From Chloroflexota bacterium (GTDB lineage Bacteria; Chloroflexota; UBA11872): a DNA stretch of 64,000 nucleotides. Shown one piece after another: positions 63,105-64,000 of the stretch. The stretch spans positions 123,554 through 187,553 of the forward strand of contig JAPOVQ010000006.1 of NCBI GenBank assembly GCA_026708035.1, written 5' to 3'. Numbering within the stretch: position 1 is the first letter of the stretch; each line of letters starts with the position of its first letter. The notes under the pieces were generated by a model that saw nothing but the letters and a program-made list of their open reading frames with translations, was not told where the DNA came from and did not search any database. The translations under genes and the position numbers were made by a program.

Positions 63105-63361
63105 TCCCACACTGCACGCAGCGCGGGCCACCGGGCAAGCGGTCGCTCCGGTCCCCTCTCCCGCGGGGAGAGGGATAGGGTGAGGGGACGGGCGCCCACT
63201 AGGGGCGCCCCTACGCGGACCTGGCCGTCGCCGGACCTGGATTCCCGGCCCGCTCGATGTAGGGGCAGCCCTTGTGGCTGCCCGGTTCGACCCGGACGGG
63301 CGCCCACTAGGGGCGCCCCTACAGGGATAGGGGCGTCTCCGGGCCTGGATTCCGGCCTCCG
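63105..63361. repeat. repeat cluster upstream of PhyH paralog 2: families D, B, partial A, full A, E (reverse)
   Basis: D at 63105-63135; B at 63149-63187; partial A at 63189-63226; full A at 63259-63323; E reverse at 63333-63361. Confidence 0.75.
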
Positions 63362-63388
63362 CCGGAATGACGAAGGACTGGACACGCC

Positions 63389-64000
63389 CTACGACCCGTC
63401 CACGCCGATGTATTTCATCACCTGGTCCACCCACACGTCGTCGTAGCCCCTGCCTTCCCAGAGGCGGATCAGCGGCGCGTCGGCATCGGTGGGATGCACG
63501 CCCGCGGGATCGTGATCCAGCACGCCGAGGAGCTGCCGCCGCACGGGGTCGGCGCGCGCGATCAGCTCCGGCGAGCTGGCCACGCGATCGCCCAGCCGCA
63601 TCCAGATCGGGGAGTAGACGTAGAAGAGGTTCTTGCGCCGCACGTTTGAGGTGTTACGCGACACCGAGTGCCAGAGCGCGTTGTGAAACAGCATCGCGTC
63701 ACCCGCGCGCAGCAGCAGCTGCTTGGCGCCCGGCACGCCGGCGTCGATCTCGTCGACCTCCTGGAAGCGGCTCGGCGAGGCGAGGGTTTCGGCGTCGGCG
63801 ACCTCGTGCGGAAAGTTGCCGCGGTGGCTGCCGGGAATCAGCAGGAAGTTGCCCATGTCGGGCGCGTCCACGTCGGTCAGGAACCAGCCGATCTTCAGGT
63901 GCAGCAAAGGCGTCAGCCCGCCGGCGCTCGGAAACGGATAGGGCTTGGGGCCGTCGTAGTGCCAGCGGCTGCCCGGATGCGGCGTCGGTGGGCGCACCAT
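63389..64000 (-). CDS. PhyH family oxygenase (C-terminal part; N-terminus beyond window end)
   Basis: PGSHRG, FHNALWHS, RRKNLFYVYS motifs of the PhyH fold. ORF runs off the window. Confidence 0.6.
   Translation of the reverse strand: MVRPPTPHPGSRWHYDGPKPYPFPSAGGLTPLLHLKIGWFLTDVDAPDMGNFLLIPGSHRGNFPHEVADAETLASPSRFQEVDEIDAGVPGAKQLLLRAGDAMLFHNALWHSVSRNTSNVRRKNLFYVYSPIWMRLGDRVASSPELIARADPVRRQLLGVLDHDPAGVHPTDADAPLIRLWEGRGYDDVWVDQVMKYIGVDGS

Noticed and set aside
61632-63361. Possibility that the regularly recurring GC-rich palindromes are a CRISPR array
   Set aside because: The repeated units belong to several different families and differ in length. They are separated by irregular distances and by whole genes, and they are internally palindromic with no unique spacers between identical repeats. 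They fit REP/MITE-like elements, not CRISPR.

Overview
By eye this window is strongly GC-rich bacterial chromosomal DNA, roughly 70% GC. It is densely coded, with about 50 protein genes and one tRNA-Cys. I saw no rRNA, CRISPR array, transposase or integrase.

Housekeeping genes recognised from the translations:
- proB-proA
- an EF-G-like GTPase
- dnaE
- rpsF-ssb-rpsR
- mnmG
- rodZ-like and pgsA
- an Lhr-type helicase
- a YprA/YprB (MrfA/MrfB)-like helicase-exonuclease pair
- UDG family 5
- CcdA with a thioredoxin-like protein

Accessory content that is less ordinary:
1. A short, visibly low-GC cassette at about 59.1-59.9 kb. It encodes a secreted, C-terminally membrane-anchored protein whose mature N-terminus (Cys-Thr-Cys..., four cysteines) looks like a eukaryote-type TIMP/NTR metalloproteinase-inhibitor domain.
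2. Three tandem paralogous Pro/Thr-linker lipoproteins of unknown function, convergent with a DUF3179 lipoprotein (12.8-20.2 kb). Copies 1 and 2 carry a roughly 600-bp near-identical segment.
3. A translationally coupled four-gene operon of unknown membrane proteins ending in an SPFH/band-7-like protein (45.9-50.0 kb).
4. A coupled AstE/AspA - M20 - AstE/AspA amidohydrolase cluster in which the second AstE/AspA paralog appears to lack the metal ligands.
5. Tandemly amplified phytanoyl-CoA-dioxygenase-family genes.
6. At least five families of short, nested palindromic (REP/MITE-like) repeats. They fill many intergenic spacers, and one copy sits inside the annotated 5' end of a gene.

Gene starts are often ambiguous because of the GC content. 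Many long antisense ORFs in the supplied track are artefacts. All domain calls come from reading the translations only; nothing was searched.
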